DNA from: the human T2T-CHM13v2.0 reference genome, Homo sapiens
Direction: 5' to 3' (one strand)
Length of the DNA stretch: 64,000 nucleotides
NCBI RefSeq assembly: GCF_009914755.1
Contig: NC_060939.1
Positions 33,301 through 52,800 of this stretch are shown here, one piece after another. The translations under genes were made by a program, and so were the position numbers. The stretch's first letter is position 1; each line of letters begins with the position of its first letter. The notes below the pieces were generated by a model. The model was not told the DNA's origin and did no database searches. It saw only the letters and a list, made by a program, of their open reading frames with translations.

Positions 33301-36300
33301 CAAAGCCTAGGCAAGAGTTACATGACCTTTGTCATCAGTTCAGGGATATGTGAAAACGCCCCTGTAGGCAGAGCCTGAACAAGTGTTACATCCCCTAGTT
33401 GATCAGTGCAGAGATATTTCACAATACACCCTGTAGGCAGATCCTAGACAAGAGTTGAATCACCTGGGTGATCAGTGCAGAGATATTTCACAATGCCCCC
33501 TTTGGGCAGAGGATAGATAAGAGTTACATCACCAAGGTGATCAGTACAGAGAGTTGTCAAAATTCCCTATAAGCAGTGATTATAAAAGTGTAACATCACC
33601 TAAGTGATCAGTTCAGAGATATGTCACCAAGCTCCTGTAGGCAGAACTTAGATGAGTTAGGTCACCTGAGTGATCAGTGCAAAGGTATGTCAAAAGCCCC
33701 CTGTAGGCAAAGTCTAGACAATAGTTACATCACTTGGGTGATCAGTGGCGAGATCACTGACAATTCCCCTGTAGGCAGAGCTTATACAACCTTTACATCA
33801 CCTGAGTGATCAGTGCAGAGATATGTCCCAATGCCCCCATAGGCAGATCCAAGACAAGAGTCCGTCACCTGGGTGATCAGTGCAGAAATATGTCACAATG
33901 CCCCCTTAGGCAGAGCCTAGACAAAAGCCCCATCACGTGGATGATCAGTGCAGAGATATGTCACAATGCCACTGTAGGCAGAGCCTAGACAAGTGTTACC
34001 TGACCTAGGTGATCAGTGCAGAGATACATCGCAATGTCCCTGTAGGCAGAGCCCTGACAAGTGGTACATCACCTGTGTGATCATTGCAGGGATATGTCAC
34101 AAAGCACGCTGTAGGCAGATCCTAGAACAGAGTTACATCACTTGGGTGATCAGTGCAGAGATATGTCACAATGCCACTGTGGGCAGAGCCTAGACAAGGA
34201 TTACATGACCTAGGTGGTCAGTACAGAGATACATCCCAATGCCCCTGTAGACAGAGCCTTGACAGGTAGTATATCACCTGAGTGATCATTTCAGGGATAT
34301 GTCACAAAGAACCCTATAGACAGATCCTAGAGAAGAGTTGTATCTCCTGGGTGATCAGTGCAGAGATATGTCACAATGCCGTGTAGCCGGAGCCTAGACT
34401 AAATTTACAGCACCTGGGAGATCAGTGCAGAGACACGTCACAATGTCCCCAGTAGCCAGAGACCAGGCAAGAGTTGCATCACCTCAGGATCAGTGCAGAG
34501 ATACGTCTCAATCCCCCAGTGGGCACAGCCTAGACAAGAGTTACATCACCTCGGTTAAACAGTGCAGGGATACGTCAAAATGCCCCTGTAGGCAGAGCCT
34601 ACAAAAGTGTTACATCACTTAGATGATCACTGCAGAGATATGTCACAAAACCCCCTGTAAGCAGAACCTAGACCAGAGTTACATCACCTGGGTGATCAGT
34701 GCAGGGATATGTGAGAATTCCCGTGTAGGCAGAGCCTAGAGAAGAGTTACATCACCTAGGTTATCAGTGCAGGTATAAGTCATAAAGCCTCCTGTACGCA
34801 GAGTGCAGACAAGAGTTTCGTCCCCAGGGTGATCAGTGCAGAGATGTGTCACAAAGCCCCCGTAGGCAGAGCCTAGACAAGAGTTTCATCACTTGGTTGA
34901 TCAGTTCAGAGACGTGTCACAATGTCCATGTAGCAGATCTAAGACAAGAGTCCATCACCTGGGTGATCAGTGCAGAAATATGTACCAATGTCCCCTGTAG
35001 GCAGTGCCTAGACAAGAGTTTCATCACCTCACTGATCAGTGCACAGATATGTCACAAAGCCTTCTGTAGGCAAAGCCCATACAAGGCTTATATCACCTAG
35101 GTGATCATTGCAGTGATTTGTCACAAAATTCCCTGTAGACAGAGCCTAGAAAAGAGTTACATCACCTGGGTGATCAGTGCAGATATTTGACACAATGCCC
35201 CCATAGACAAAGCCTAGACAAGACTTACATCACCTGGGTGATCAGTGCAGAGATATGTCACAAATCCTCCTCTAGGCAGAGTATAGAGAAGAGTCCCATC
35301 ACCTGGGTGATCAGTGCAGAGATATTTCACAATGCTCCCTGTAGGCAGAGAGTGGAAAAGCGTCACATAACCTAGTAGATCTGTGCAGAGCTATGTCAAA
35401 ACGCCCCAGTAGGCAGACCCTAGATAAATGTTACATCACCTGGGTGATCAGTGCAGAGATACGTCACAATACCCCTGTAGGTGGAGCCTAGACAAGAGTT
35501 ACATCACCTGAGTTATCAGTGCAGAAATATGTCACAAAGCCCATGTAGGTCGAGACTGGACAAGAGTTACATCTCCTGGGTGATCAGTGCAAAGATATGT
35601 CACAAAGCCCCCAGTAGACATATCCCAGAAAATTTTTACATCACCTGGGTGATCCATGGAGATATCTGTCACAATTCCCCTTTAGGCACAGCTTAGACAA
35701 GCGTTACATCACATGAGTGATCAGTGCAGAGATATGTCACTATGACCTCATTGGCAGATCCAAGACAAGAGTCCATCACCTGTGTGATCAGTGCAGAAAT
35801 ATGCCACAATGCCGCCAGTAGTCAGATAAAGACAAGAGTTACATCACCTGCGTGATCACTGCAGATATATGTCACAATGCCCATGTAGGCAGAGCCAATT
35901 CAAGAGTCCCATCACCTGGGTGATCAGTGCAGAGATGTGTCACAATCCCCCTGTAGCCAGAGCATAGACAAGATTTGCAGCAGCTCTGTGAACAGTGCAG
36001 TGACATGTCACAATGTCCCTGTAGCAATATCCTTGATAATAGTGACATCACCTGGGTGATCAGTGTGGAGATATGTCACAATGTCTCCAGTTGGCAGAAC
36101 CTAGACAAGAGTTACATCACCTGGGTGATCAGTGCAGAGATCTGTCAGAAAGCTCCTTTGGGCAGAGCTTAGACCAGAGTTACATCACCTGGGTGATCAG
36201 TGCAAGGATATGTCACAAAGCCCCTGTAGGCAGAGCCTAAACAAGTGTTACATCACCTGGGTGATCAGTGCAGAAATATGTCACAAAGCCTCTGTAGGCC

Positions 36301-39010
36301 GAGCCTAGACAAGAGTTACATCTCCTGGCTGATCAGTGCAAAGATATGTCACAAAGCCCCCTGTAGACAAATCTCAGAAAATTGTTACATCACCTGGGTG
36401 AACAATGGAGATATCTGTCACAATTCCCCTTTAGGCGCAGCTTAGACAAGCGTTACATCACATGAGTGATCAGTGCAGAGATATGTCACTATGCCCCCAT
36501 AGGCAGATCCAAGACAAGAGTCCATCACCTGGGTGATCAGTGCAGAGTTATGTCACAATGCCCCTTTTGGGCATAGCCTAGAAAATGGTTCCAACACCTG
36601 GGTGATCAGTGCAGAGATGTGTCACAAGACCCCTGTATCCAGAGCCTAGACAAGTGTTACATCAGCTGTGTGATCAGTGCAGTGACATGTCACAATGTCT
36701 CTCTGGCCATATCCTTGACAAAAGTGAAATCACCTGGGTGATCAGTGCGGAGATACATCACAATGCCTCCAGTAGGCAGAGCCTAGACAAGTGTTACATC
36801 ACCTGGGTGATCAGGGCAGAGTTATGTCACAATGCCCCCTGTAAGCAGATCCCAGACAAGAGTTGCATCACCTCGGTGATCAGTGCAGAGATATGTCCCA
36901 ATGCCCCCTGTCGGCGAAGCCTATACAAGAGTACATCATCTCGGTGATCAGTGCAGTGATATGTGAAAATGCCTTTGTAGGCAGAGCCTACAAAAGAGTT
37001 ACATCGCCTGAGTGATCAATGCAGAGATTTGTCACAATGCCCCCTGTAGGCAGAGCATAGAGAATAGTTGCATCACATGGGTGATCAGTACAGAGATATA
37101 TCACAATGTCCCCTGTAGGCAGAGCATAGAGAAGAGTTGCATCACCTGGGTGATCAGCGCAGAGACATTTCACAATGTCCCCTGTAGGCAAAGCCTAGGA
37201 AAGAGTTGCATCTCCTGGGTTATCAGTGCAGATATATGTCACAATGTCCCCTGTAGGCAAAGCCTAGGCAAGAGTTACATCACCTTTGTCATCAGTTCAG
37301 GGATATGTGAAAACGTCCCTGTAGGCAGAGCTTAGAAAATAGTTACACTACCTAGTTGATCAGCGCAGAGATATATCACAATAACCCCTGTAGGCAGATC
37401 CTAGACAAGGGTTGAATCACCTGGGTGTTCAGTGCACAGATATTTCACAATGCCCCCTTGGGCAGAGGGTAGACAGCAGTTACATCACCTAGGTGATCAG
37501 TGCAGAGATTTCTCAAAATTCCCTGTAGGCAGTGCTTATAAAAGTGTTACATCACCTAAGTGATCAGTGCAGAGATATGTCACAAAGCTCCCATAGGCAG
37601 AACTTAGATGAGTTACATCACCTGGGTGATCAGTGCAAAGGTATGTCACAAAGCGCCCTGTAGGCAAAGCCTAGACAATAGTTACATCACTTGGGTGATC
37701 AGTGGCGAGATCTCTCACAATTCCCCTGTTGGCAGAGCTTATACAACAATTACATCACCTGGGTGATCAGTGCAGAGATATGTCACAGTGACCCCATAGG
37801 CACATCCAAGACAAGAGTCCATCACCTGGGTGATCGGTGCAGAAATATGTCACAATGCCCCCTTAGGCAGAGCCTAGACAAAAGCCCCATCACCTGGATG
37901 ATCAGTGCAGAATTATGTCACAAAGTCCCTTTAGGCAGATCCTAGACAAGAGTTACATCTCTTGGATGATCAGTGCAGAGATATGTCACAATACCACTGT
38001 AGGCAGAGCCGAGACAAGGGTTACATGACCTAGGTGATCACTGCAGAGATACATTGCAATGTTCCTGTAGGCAGAGCCTTGAGAAGTGGTATATCACATG
38101 GGTGACCATTGCAGGTGTATGTCACAAAGCACCCTTTAGGCAGATCCTAGAGAAGAGTTATATCACCTGGGTGATCAGTGCAGAGATATGTCAAAGGCAC
38201 CCTGTAGGCAGAGCCTAGACAAGAGTTATATCACCTGGGTGATCAGTGCAGAGATACGTCAAAATGTCCCCAGTAGGCAGAGACCAGGCAAGAGTTGGAT
38301 CACCTCGGGAGCAGTGCGGAGATATGTCTCAATCCCCCTGTGGGCACAGCCTACACAAGGGTTACATCACCTCGGGTAACAGTGCAGAGATATGTCACAA
38401 TACCCCCTGTAAGCACAGCCTAGACAAGAGTTACATCACCTGGGTGATCAGTGCAGAGATAGGTGACAAGGCCCCTTTAAGCAGAGCCTAGACAATAGTT
38501 ATATCACCTGAGTGATCAGTGCGGAGATTTGTCACAATGCCCCTTTAGGCAGAGCTTAACTAGAGTTACATCACCACGGTGATGAGTGCAGAGATATGTC
38601 ACTAGGCCCCCTATACGCAGAGCCTGGAGAAGGGTTACATCACCTCGGTGATTTATGAAGTGATATATCACTATGCCCCATAGGCAGAGCCTAGTCAAGC
38701 GTTACATCACCTGGGTAATCAGTGCAGAGTTATGTCGCAAAGCCCCCATACACAGAACCTAGACAAGAGTCCCATCACCCGGATGATCAGTGCAGAAATA
38801 TGTCACAATTCCCCCCATAGGCAGATCCAACACAAGAGTTACATCACCTGGGTGATCAGTGTAGAGTTATGTCACAATGCCCCCATAGGCAGAGCCTAGA
38901 CAAAACTCCCATCACGTGGGTAATCAGTGCAGAGATATGTCAAAAAGCCCCTGTAGGCAGAGCCTAGACAAGTGTTACATCACTTTGTTGATCAGTTCAG
39001 AGATGTGTAA
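30369..39010 (+). repeat. Beta satellite block 4
   Basis: Tandem ~68-bp monomers. Confidence 0.96.
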
Positions 39011-43812
<4,802 letters not shown>

Positions 43813-46800
43813 TGACTCAACGCGAGTGGAATGAAATGGAATGTAATGCAATGGAACTGAGTGGAATCAACCTGATTGGAATGGAATGGAATGGAATGGC
43901 ATGGAATCAACCCGAGCGGAAAGGAATGGAATGGAATGGAGTGGAATGGAATGTAATGTAATGGAATGGAATGGAATGGAATCAACACGAATGGAATGGA
44001 ACGGAATGGAATGGGATGGGATGGAATGGAATGGAATGGAAGTTAATCAACACGAATGGAATGGAACGGAATGTAATGTAATGGAATGGAATGGAATGGA
44101 ATGGAATGAAATGAAAAGGAACGGAATGGAATCAACACGAGTGGAATGGAATGGAACGGAATGGAATCAACCCGAGTGGAATGAAATGGAATGTAATGCA
44201 ATGGGATGGGGTGGAATCAACCCGAGTGGAATGGAATGGAATGGAATGGAATGGAATGAAATGGAATGGATCGGAATGGAATCCAATGGAATCAACTGGA
44301 ATTCAATGGAATGGAATGGAATGGAATAAATCCGGGTGGAGTGGAATGGAATGTAATGGAGTGGAATGTAGTGGAATTTAGTGGAATGGAATGGAATGGA
44401 ATGGAATGAAATGGATTGGATCGGAATGGAATCCAATGGAATCACCTGGAATGGAATGGAATGGAATGGAATAAATCCGGGTGGAGTGGAATTGAATGTA
44501 ATGGAGTGGAATGGAATGGAATTTAGTGGAATGGAATGTAATGTAATGGAATGGAATGGAATGGAATGGAATGGAATCAACCCGAAAGGAAAGGAACGGA
44601 ATGGAATGGAAAGGAATGGAATGGAATGGAATGGAATGGAATGGAATGGAATGCAATGGAAAGGAACGGAATGGAAAGGAATGGAATGGAATGAACCCGA
44701 ATGGAATGGAATGGATTGGAATGGAATGGAATGGAATCAAGCCGAGCGTAAAGGAATGGAATGGAATGGATTGGACTGGAATGTAATGGAATGGAATGAA
44801 ATGGAATGGAATCAACACGAATGGAATGGAACGGAATGGAATGGAAGGGGATGGAATGGAATGGAATGGAAGTTAATCAACACGAATGGAATGGAACGGA
44901 ATGGACTGGAATGGAATGGAATGAACCCGAGTGGAATGGAATGGATTGGAATGGAATGGAATGTAATCAACCCGAGCGGAAAGGAATGGAATGGAATGGA
45001 GTAGAATGGAATGTAATGCAATGGAATGGAATGGGATGGAATCAACACGAATGGAATGGAACGGAATGGAATGGGATGGGATGGAATGGAATGGAATGGA
45101 AGTTAATCAACCCGAATGGAATGGAACGGAATGGAATGGAAAGGAAAGGAACGGAATGGAATGGAATGGAATGGAATGGAATGGAATCAACCCGAATGGG
45201 ATGGAATGGAATGTCATGAAATGGAATGGATCGGAATGGAATCCAATGGAATCAATTGGAATGGAATGGAATGGAATGGAATGGAATAGAATAAATCCGG
45301 GTGGAGTGGAATGGAATGTAATGGAGTGGAATGTAATGGAATTTAGTGGAATGTAATGGAATGGAATGGCATGGAATGAAATGGATTGGATCGGAATAGA
45401 ATCCAACGGAATCAACTGGAATGGAATGGAATGGAATGGAATGGAATAAATCTGGGTGGAGTGGAATGGAATGTAATGGAGTGGAATGGAATGGAATTTA
45501 GTGGAATGTAATGGAATGGAATGGAATGGAATGGAATGGAATAGAATGCAATGGAATGGAATGGAATGAAATGGATTGGATCGGAATGGAATTCAATGGA
45601 ATCAACTGGAATGGAATGGAATGAAATGGAATGGTATAAATCCCGGTGGAGTGGAATGGAATGTAATGGAGTGGAATGGAATTGAATTTAGTGGAATGGA
45701 ATGGAATGGAATGGAATGGAATGCAATGGAATGGAATGGAATGGAATCAACCCGAATGGAATGGAACGGAATGGAATGGAAAGGGATTGAATGGAATGGA
45801 ATGGAATGGAATGGAATGGAATGGAATGGAATCAACCCGAATGGGATGGCATCGAATGGAATTGAATGGAATGGAATGGAATGGAAAGGGATTGAATGGA
45901 ATGGAATGGAATGGAATGGAATGGAATCAACCCGAATGGGATGGCATCGAATGGAATTGAATGGAATGGAATGGAATGGAGTGGAATGGAATGGAATGGA
46001 ATCATCCCAAGTGTAATGGAATGGAATGGAGTGCAATGGAACCCACCCGAGTGGAATGGAATGGAATGGAATGGAATGGAAAGGAATGGAATGGATTGGA
46101 ATGGAACGGAATGGAGTGGAATGGAATAAACACCAGGGGAATGAAATGGATTGGAATGGAATGGAATGGAATGGAATGGAATGGAATGGAATGAAATCAA
46201 ACCGAGTGGAATGGAACAGAATGGAATGGAATGGAAAGGAATGAATGGAATGGAATGGTGTGGAATCAACAGGAGAGGAATGGAATGGAATGGAATGGAA
46301 CGGAACGGAATGGAAAGGAATGGAATGGAATCAACCCGAGCGGAAAGGAATGGAATGGAATGGAGTGGAATGTAATGTAATGTAATGGAATGGAATGGAA
46401 TGGAATCAACACGAATGGAATGGAACGGAATGGAATGGGATGGGATGGAATGGAATGGAATGGAAGTTAATCAATACGAATGGAATGGAATGGAATGGAA
46501 TGGAATGGAGTGGAATGAACCCGAATGGAATGGAATGGATTGGTATGGAACGGAATGGAATCAACCCGAGCGGAAAGGAATGGAATGGAATGGAGTGGAA
46601 TGTAATGTAATGGAATGGAATGGAATCAACCCAAGTGCAATGGAATGGAATGGAATGCAATGGAATCCACCCGAGTGGAATGCAATGGAATGGAATGGAA
46701 TGGAATGGAATGGAATGGAATGGAAAGGAATGGAATGGAGTGGAATGGAACGGAATGGAGTGGAATGGAATAAACACCAGGGGAATGAAATGGATTGGAA

Positions 46801-49800
46801 TGAAATGGATTGGAATGGAATGGAATGCAATGGAATGGAATGAATGGAATGGAATGGTGTGGAATCAACAGGAGAGGAATGGAATGGAATGGAATGGAAT
46901 GGAACGGAATGGAAAGGAATGGAATGGAATGGAACGGAACGGAATGGAAAGGAATGGAATGGAATCAACCCGAGCGGAAAGGAATGGAATGGAATGGAGT
47001 GGAATGTAATGAAATGTAATGTAATGGAATGGAATGGAATCAACACGAATGGAATGGAACGGAATGGAATGGGAAGGGATGGAATGGAATGCAATGGAAG
47101 ATACCCGAATGGAATGGAATGGATAGGAATGGAATGAAATGGAATCATCCTGAGGGGAAAGGAATGGAATGGAACGGAGTGGAATGGGATGGGATCGAAT
47201 GGAATGGAATGGAAGTTAATCAACACGAATGGAATGGAACAGAATGGAAAGGGATGGGATGGAATGGAATGGAATGGAAGTTAATCAACACGAATGGAAT
47301 GGAACGGAATGGAATGGAATGGAATGGAATGGAATGGAATGGAATGGAATGAAATGGAATGAACCTGAATGGAATGGAATGGATTGGAATGGAATAGAAT
47401 GGAATCAACCAGAGCGGAAAGGAATGGAATGGAAAGGAGTGGAATGGAATGTAATGGAATGGAAGGCAATGGAATGGAATCAACACGAATGGAATGGAAC
47501 GGAATGGAATGGGATGGGATGGAATGGAATGGAATGGAAGTTAATCAACACGAATGGAATGGAACGGAATGGAATTGAATGGAATGGAATGGAATGAAAT
47601 GGAATGGAATGGAATGAAATGGAAAGGAACGGAATGGAATCAACACGAGTGGAATGGAATGGAACGGAATGGAATCAACCCGAGTGGAATGAAATGGAAT
47701 GTAATGCAATGGGATGGAGTGGAATCAACCGGAGTGGAATGCAATGGAATGGAATGGAATGAAATGGAATGGATCGGAATGGAATCGAATGGAATCAACT
47801 GGAATGGAATGGAATGGAATGGAATGGAATGGAATGGAAAGGAATAAATCCGGGTGGAGTGCAATGGAATGTAATGGAGTGGAATGGAATGGAATTTAGT
47901 GGAATGGAATGTAATGGAATGGAATGGAATGGAATCAACCCGAATGGAATGGAACGGAATGGAATGGAAAGAAATGGAAAGGAATGGAATAGAATGGAAT
48001 GGAATGGAATGGAATGGAATCATCCCGAATGGGATGGAATGGAATGGAATGGAATGGAAAGGAATGAAATGCAACGGATCGGAATGGAATCCAATGGAAT
48101 CAACTGGAATGGAATGGAATGGAATGGAATGGAAAGGAATGGAATGGAATGGAATGGAATGAATCCGGGTGGAGTGGAATGGAATGTAATGGAGTGGAAT
48201 GTAATGGAATTTAGTGGAATGGAATGGAATGGAATGGAATGGAATGCAATGAAATGGAATGGATCGGAATGGAATCCAAAGGAATCAACTGGAATGGAAT
48301 GGAATGGAATGGAATGGAATGGAATAAATCCGGGTGGAGTGGAATGGAATGTAATGGAGTGGAATTTAGTGGAATGGAAACGAATGGAATGGAATGGAAC
48401 GGAATGGAATGGAATGGAATGGAATCAACCCGAATGGAATGGAACGGAATGGAATGGAAAGGAATGGAATGGAATGGAATGGAATGGAAGGGAATCAACC
48501 CGAATGGGATGGCATGGAATGGAATGGAATGGAATGGAATCATCCAAAGTGTAATGGAATGGAATAGAGTGCAATGGAACCCACCCGAGTGGAATGGAAT
48601 GGAATGGAATGGAAAGGAATGGAATGGATTGGAATGGAACCGAATGGAGTGGAATGGAATAAACACCAGGGGAATGAAATAGATTGGAATGAAATGGAAT
48701 GGAATGGAATGGAATGGAATGAAATCAAACCGAGTGGAATGGAACAGAATGGAATGGAATGGAAAGGAATGAATGGAATGGAATGGTGTGGAATCAACAG
48801 GAGAGGAATGGAATGGAATGGAATGGAATGGAACGGAATGGAAAGGAATGGAATAGAATGGAATGGAACGGAACGGAATGGAAAGGAATGGAATGGAATC
48901 AACACGAGCGGAAAGGAATGGAATGGATTTGAGTAGAATGTAATGTAATGTAATGGAATGGAATGGAATGGAATCAACACGAATGGAATGGAATGGGATG
49001 GGATGGAATGGAATGGAATGGAAGTTAATCAACACGAATGGAATGGAATGGAATGGAATGGAATGGAATGAACCCGAATGGAATGGAATGGATTGGAATG
49101 AAATGGAATGGAATTAACCCGAGCGGAAAGGAATGGAATGGAATGGAGTGGATTGGAATGGAATGGAATGGAATGGAATGGAATGGAATGGAGTGGAATG
49201 GAACGGAATGGAGTGGAATGGAATAAACAACAGGGGTATGAAATGGATTGGAATAAAATGGAATGGAATGGAATGGAATGGAATGAAATCAACCCGAGTG
49301 GAATGGAACGGAGTGGAATGGAATGGAAAGGAATGAATGGAATGGAATGGTTTGGAATCAACACGAGGAGAATGGAAGGAATGGAATGGAACGGAACGGA
49401 ATGGAAAGGAATGAAATGGAATGAACCCGAATGGAATGGAATGGATTGGAATGGAATGGAATGGAATCAACCAGTGCGGAAAGGAATGGAATGGAAAGGA
49501 GTGGAATGGAATGTAATGGAATGGAATGCAATGGAATGGAATCAACACGAATGGAATGGAACGGAATGGAATGGGATGGGATGGAATGGAATGGAATGGA
49601 AGTTAATCAACACGAATGGAATGGAACGGAATGTAATGGAATGGAATGGAATGGAATGGAATGGAATGGAATGGAATGGAATGAAATGGAAAGGAACGGA
49701 ATGGAATCAACACGAGTGGAATGGAATGGAACGGAATGGAATCAACCTGAGTGAAATGAAATGGAATGTAATGCAATGGGATGGTTTGGAATCAACCCGA

Positions 49801-52800
49801 GTGGAATGGAATGGAATGGAATGGAATGGAATGGAATGGAATGGAATGGAAGGAAATGGAATGGATCGGAATGGAATCCAATGGAATCAACTGGAATGGA
49901 ATGGATTGGAATGGAACAAATCCGGGTGGAGTGGAATGGAAGGGAATGGAGTGGAATGGAATGGAATTTAGTGGAATGGAATGGAATGGAATGGAATGAA
50001 ATGGATTGGATCGGAATGGAATCCAATGGAATCAATTGGAATGGAATGGAATGAAATGGAATGGTATAAATCCGGGTGGAGTGGAATGGAATGTAGTGGA
50101 GTGGAATGGAATTGAATTTAGTGGAATGGAATGGAATGGAATGGATTGGAATGGAATGGAATCAACCCGAATGGAATGGAACGGAATGGAATAGAAAGGA
50201 ATAGAATGGAATGGAATGGAATGGAATGGAATGGAATGGAATGGAATGGAATCAACCCGAATGGGATGGCATGGAATGGAATGGAATTGAATGGAATGGA
50301 ATGGAATGGAAAGGAATGGAATGGAATGGAATCATCCCAAGTGTAATGGAATGGAATGGAGTGCAATGGAACCCACCCGAGTGGAATGGAATGGAATGGA
50401 ATGGAAAGGAATGGAATGGATTGGAATGGAACGGAATGGAGTGGAATGGAATGGAATGGAATGGAATGGAATGGAATCAACCCGAATGGGATGGCATGGA
50501 ATGGAATTCAGTGAAATGGAATGGAATGGAATGGAATGGAATCAACCCAGGTGCAATGGAATGGAATGGAAGGCAATGGAGTCCACCCGAGTGGAATGGA
50601 ATGGAATGGAATGGAATGGAATGGAATGGAATGGAATGGAATGGAGTGGAATGGAACGGAATGGAGTGGAATGGAATAAACACCAGGGGAATGAAATGGA
50701 TTGGAATGAAAAGGAATGGAAAGGGAATGGAATGGAATAAAATCAACCAGAGTGGAATGGAACGGAACGGAATGAAATGGAAAGGAATGAATGGAAGGGA
50801 ATGGTGTGGAGTCAACACGAGAGGAATGGAATGGAATGGAATGGAACGGAATGGAATGGAAAGGAATGGAATGGAATGAACCCGAATGGAATGGAATGGA
50901 TTGGAAAGGAATGGAATTGAATCAACCCGAGCGGAAAGGAATGGAATGGAATGGAGTGGAATGTAATGTAATGGAATGGAATTGAATGGAATGGAATGGA
51001 ATCAACACGAATGGAATGGAAAGGAATGGAATGTGATGGGATGGAATGGAATGGAATGGAAGTTAATCAACACGAATGGAATGGAACGGAATGGAATGGA
51101 ATGGAATGGAATGAACCCGAATGGAATGGAATGGATTGGAATGGAATGGAATGGAATCAACCCAAGCGGAATGGATTGGAATGGAATGGAGTGGAATGGA
51201 ATGGAATGGAATGGAATGAAATGGAAAGGAACGGAATGGAATCAACACGAGTGGAATGGAATGGAACGGAATGGAATCAACCAGAGTGGAATGAAATGGA
51301 ATGTAATGCAATGGGATGGAGTGGAATCAACCCGAGTGGAATAGAATGGAATGGAACGGAATGAAATGGAATGGATCGGATTGGAATCCAGTGGAGTCAA
51401 CTGGAATGGAATGGAATGGAATGGAATGGAATGGAATGGAATGGAATAAATCCGGGTGGAGTGGAATGGAATGTAATGGAGTGGAATGGAATGGAATTTA
51501 GTGGAATGCAATGGAATGGAATAGAATGGAATGGAATGGAATGGAATCAACCCGAGTGGATTGGAAAGGAATGGAATGGAAAGGAATGGAATGGAATGGA
51601 ATGGAATGGAATGGAATGGAATGGAATCAACGCGAATGGGATGGAATGGAATGGAATTGAATGGAATGGAATGGAATCAACCCAAGTGCAATGGAATGGT
51701 ATGGAATGCAATGGAATCCACCCGAGTGGAATGGAATGGAATGGAATGGAATGGAATGGAATGGAAGGAAAGGAATGGAGTGGAATGGAACGGAATGGAG
51801 TGGAACGGAATAAACACCAGGGGAATGAAATGGATTGGAATGAAATTGAATGGAATGGAATGGAATGGAATGGAATGGAATGAAATCAACCCGAGTGGAA
51901 TGGATCGGAATGGAATGGAATGGAAAGGAATGAATGGAATGGAATGGTGTGGAATCAACACGAGAGGAATGGAATGGAATGGAATGGAATGGAACGGAAT
52001 GGAAAGGAATGGAATGGGATGAACCCGAATGGAATGGAATGGATTGGAATGGAATGGAATGGAATCAACCCGAGCGGAAAGGAATGGAATGGAATGGAGT
52101 GGAATGGAATCTAATGTAATGGAATGGAATGGAATAGAATCAACACAAATGGAATGGAACAGAATGGAATGGGATGGGATGGAATGGAATGGAATGGAAG
52201 TTAATCAACACGAATGGAATGGAACGGAATGGAATGGAAAGGAATGGAATGGAAAGGAATGGAATGGAATGGAATGGAATGAAATGGAAAGGAACGGAAT
52301 GGAATCAACACGAGTGGAATGGATTGGAACGGAATGGAATCAACCCCAGTGGAATGAACTGGAATGTAATGCAATGGGATGGAATGGAATCAACCCGAGT
52401 GGAATGGAATGGAATGGAATGAAATGGAATGGATTGGAATGGAATCCAATGGAATCAACTGGAATGGAATGAAATGGAATGGAATAGAATGGAATGGAAT
52501 GGAATAAATCCGGGTGGAGTGGAATGGAATGTAATGGAGTGGAATGTAAAGGAATTTAGTGGAATGGAATGGAATGGAATGGAATGGAATGGAATGGAAT
52601 GGATTGGATCAGAATGGAATCCAATGGAATCAACTGGAATGGCATGGAATGGAATGCAATGGAATAAATCCGGGTGGAGTGGAATGGAATGTAATGGAGT
52701 GGAATGGAATGGAATTTAGTGGAATGGAATGGAACGGAATGGAATGGAATGGAATGGAATAAACCCGAATGGAATGGAACGGAATGGAATGGAAATGAAT

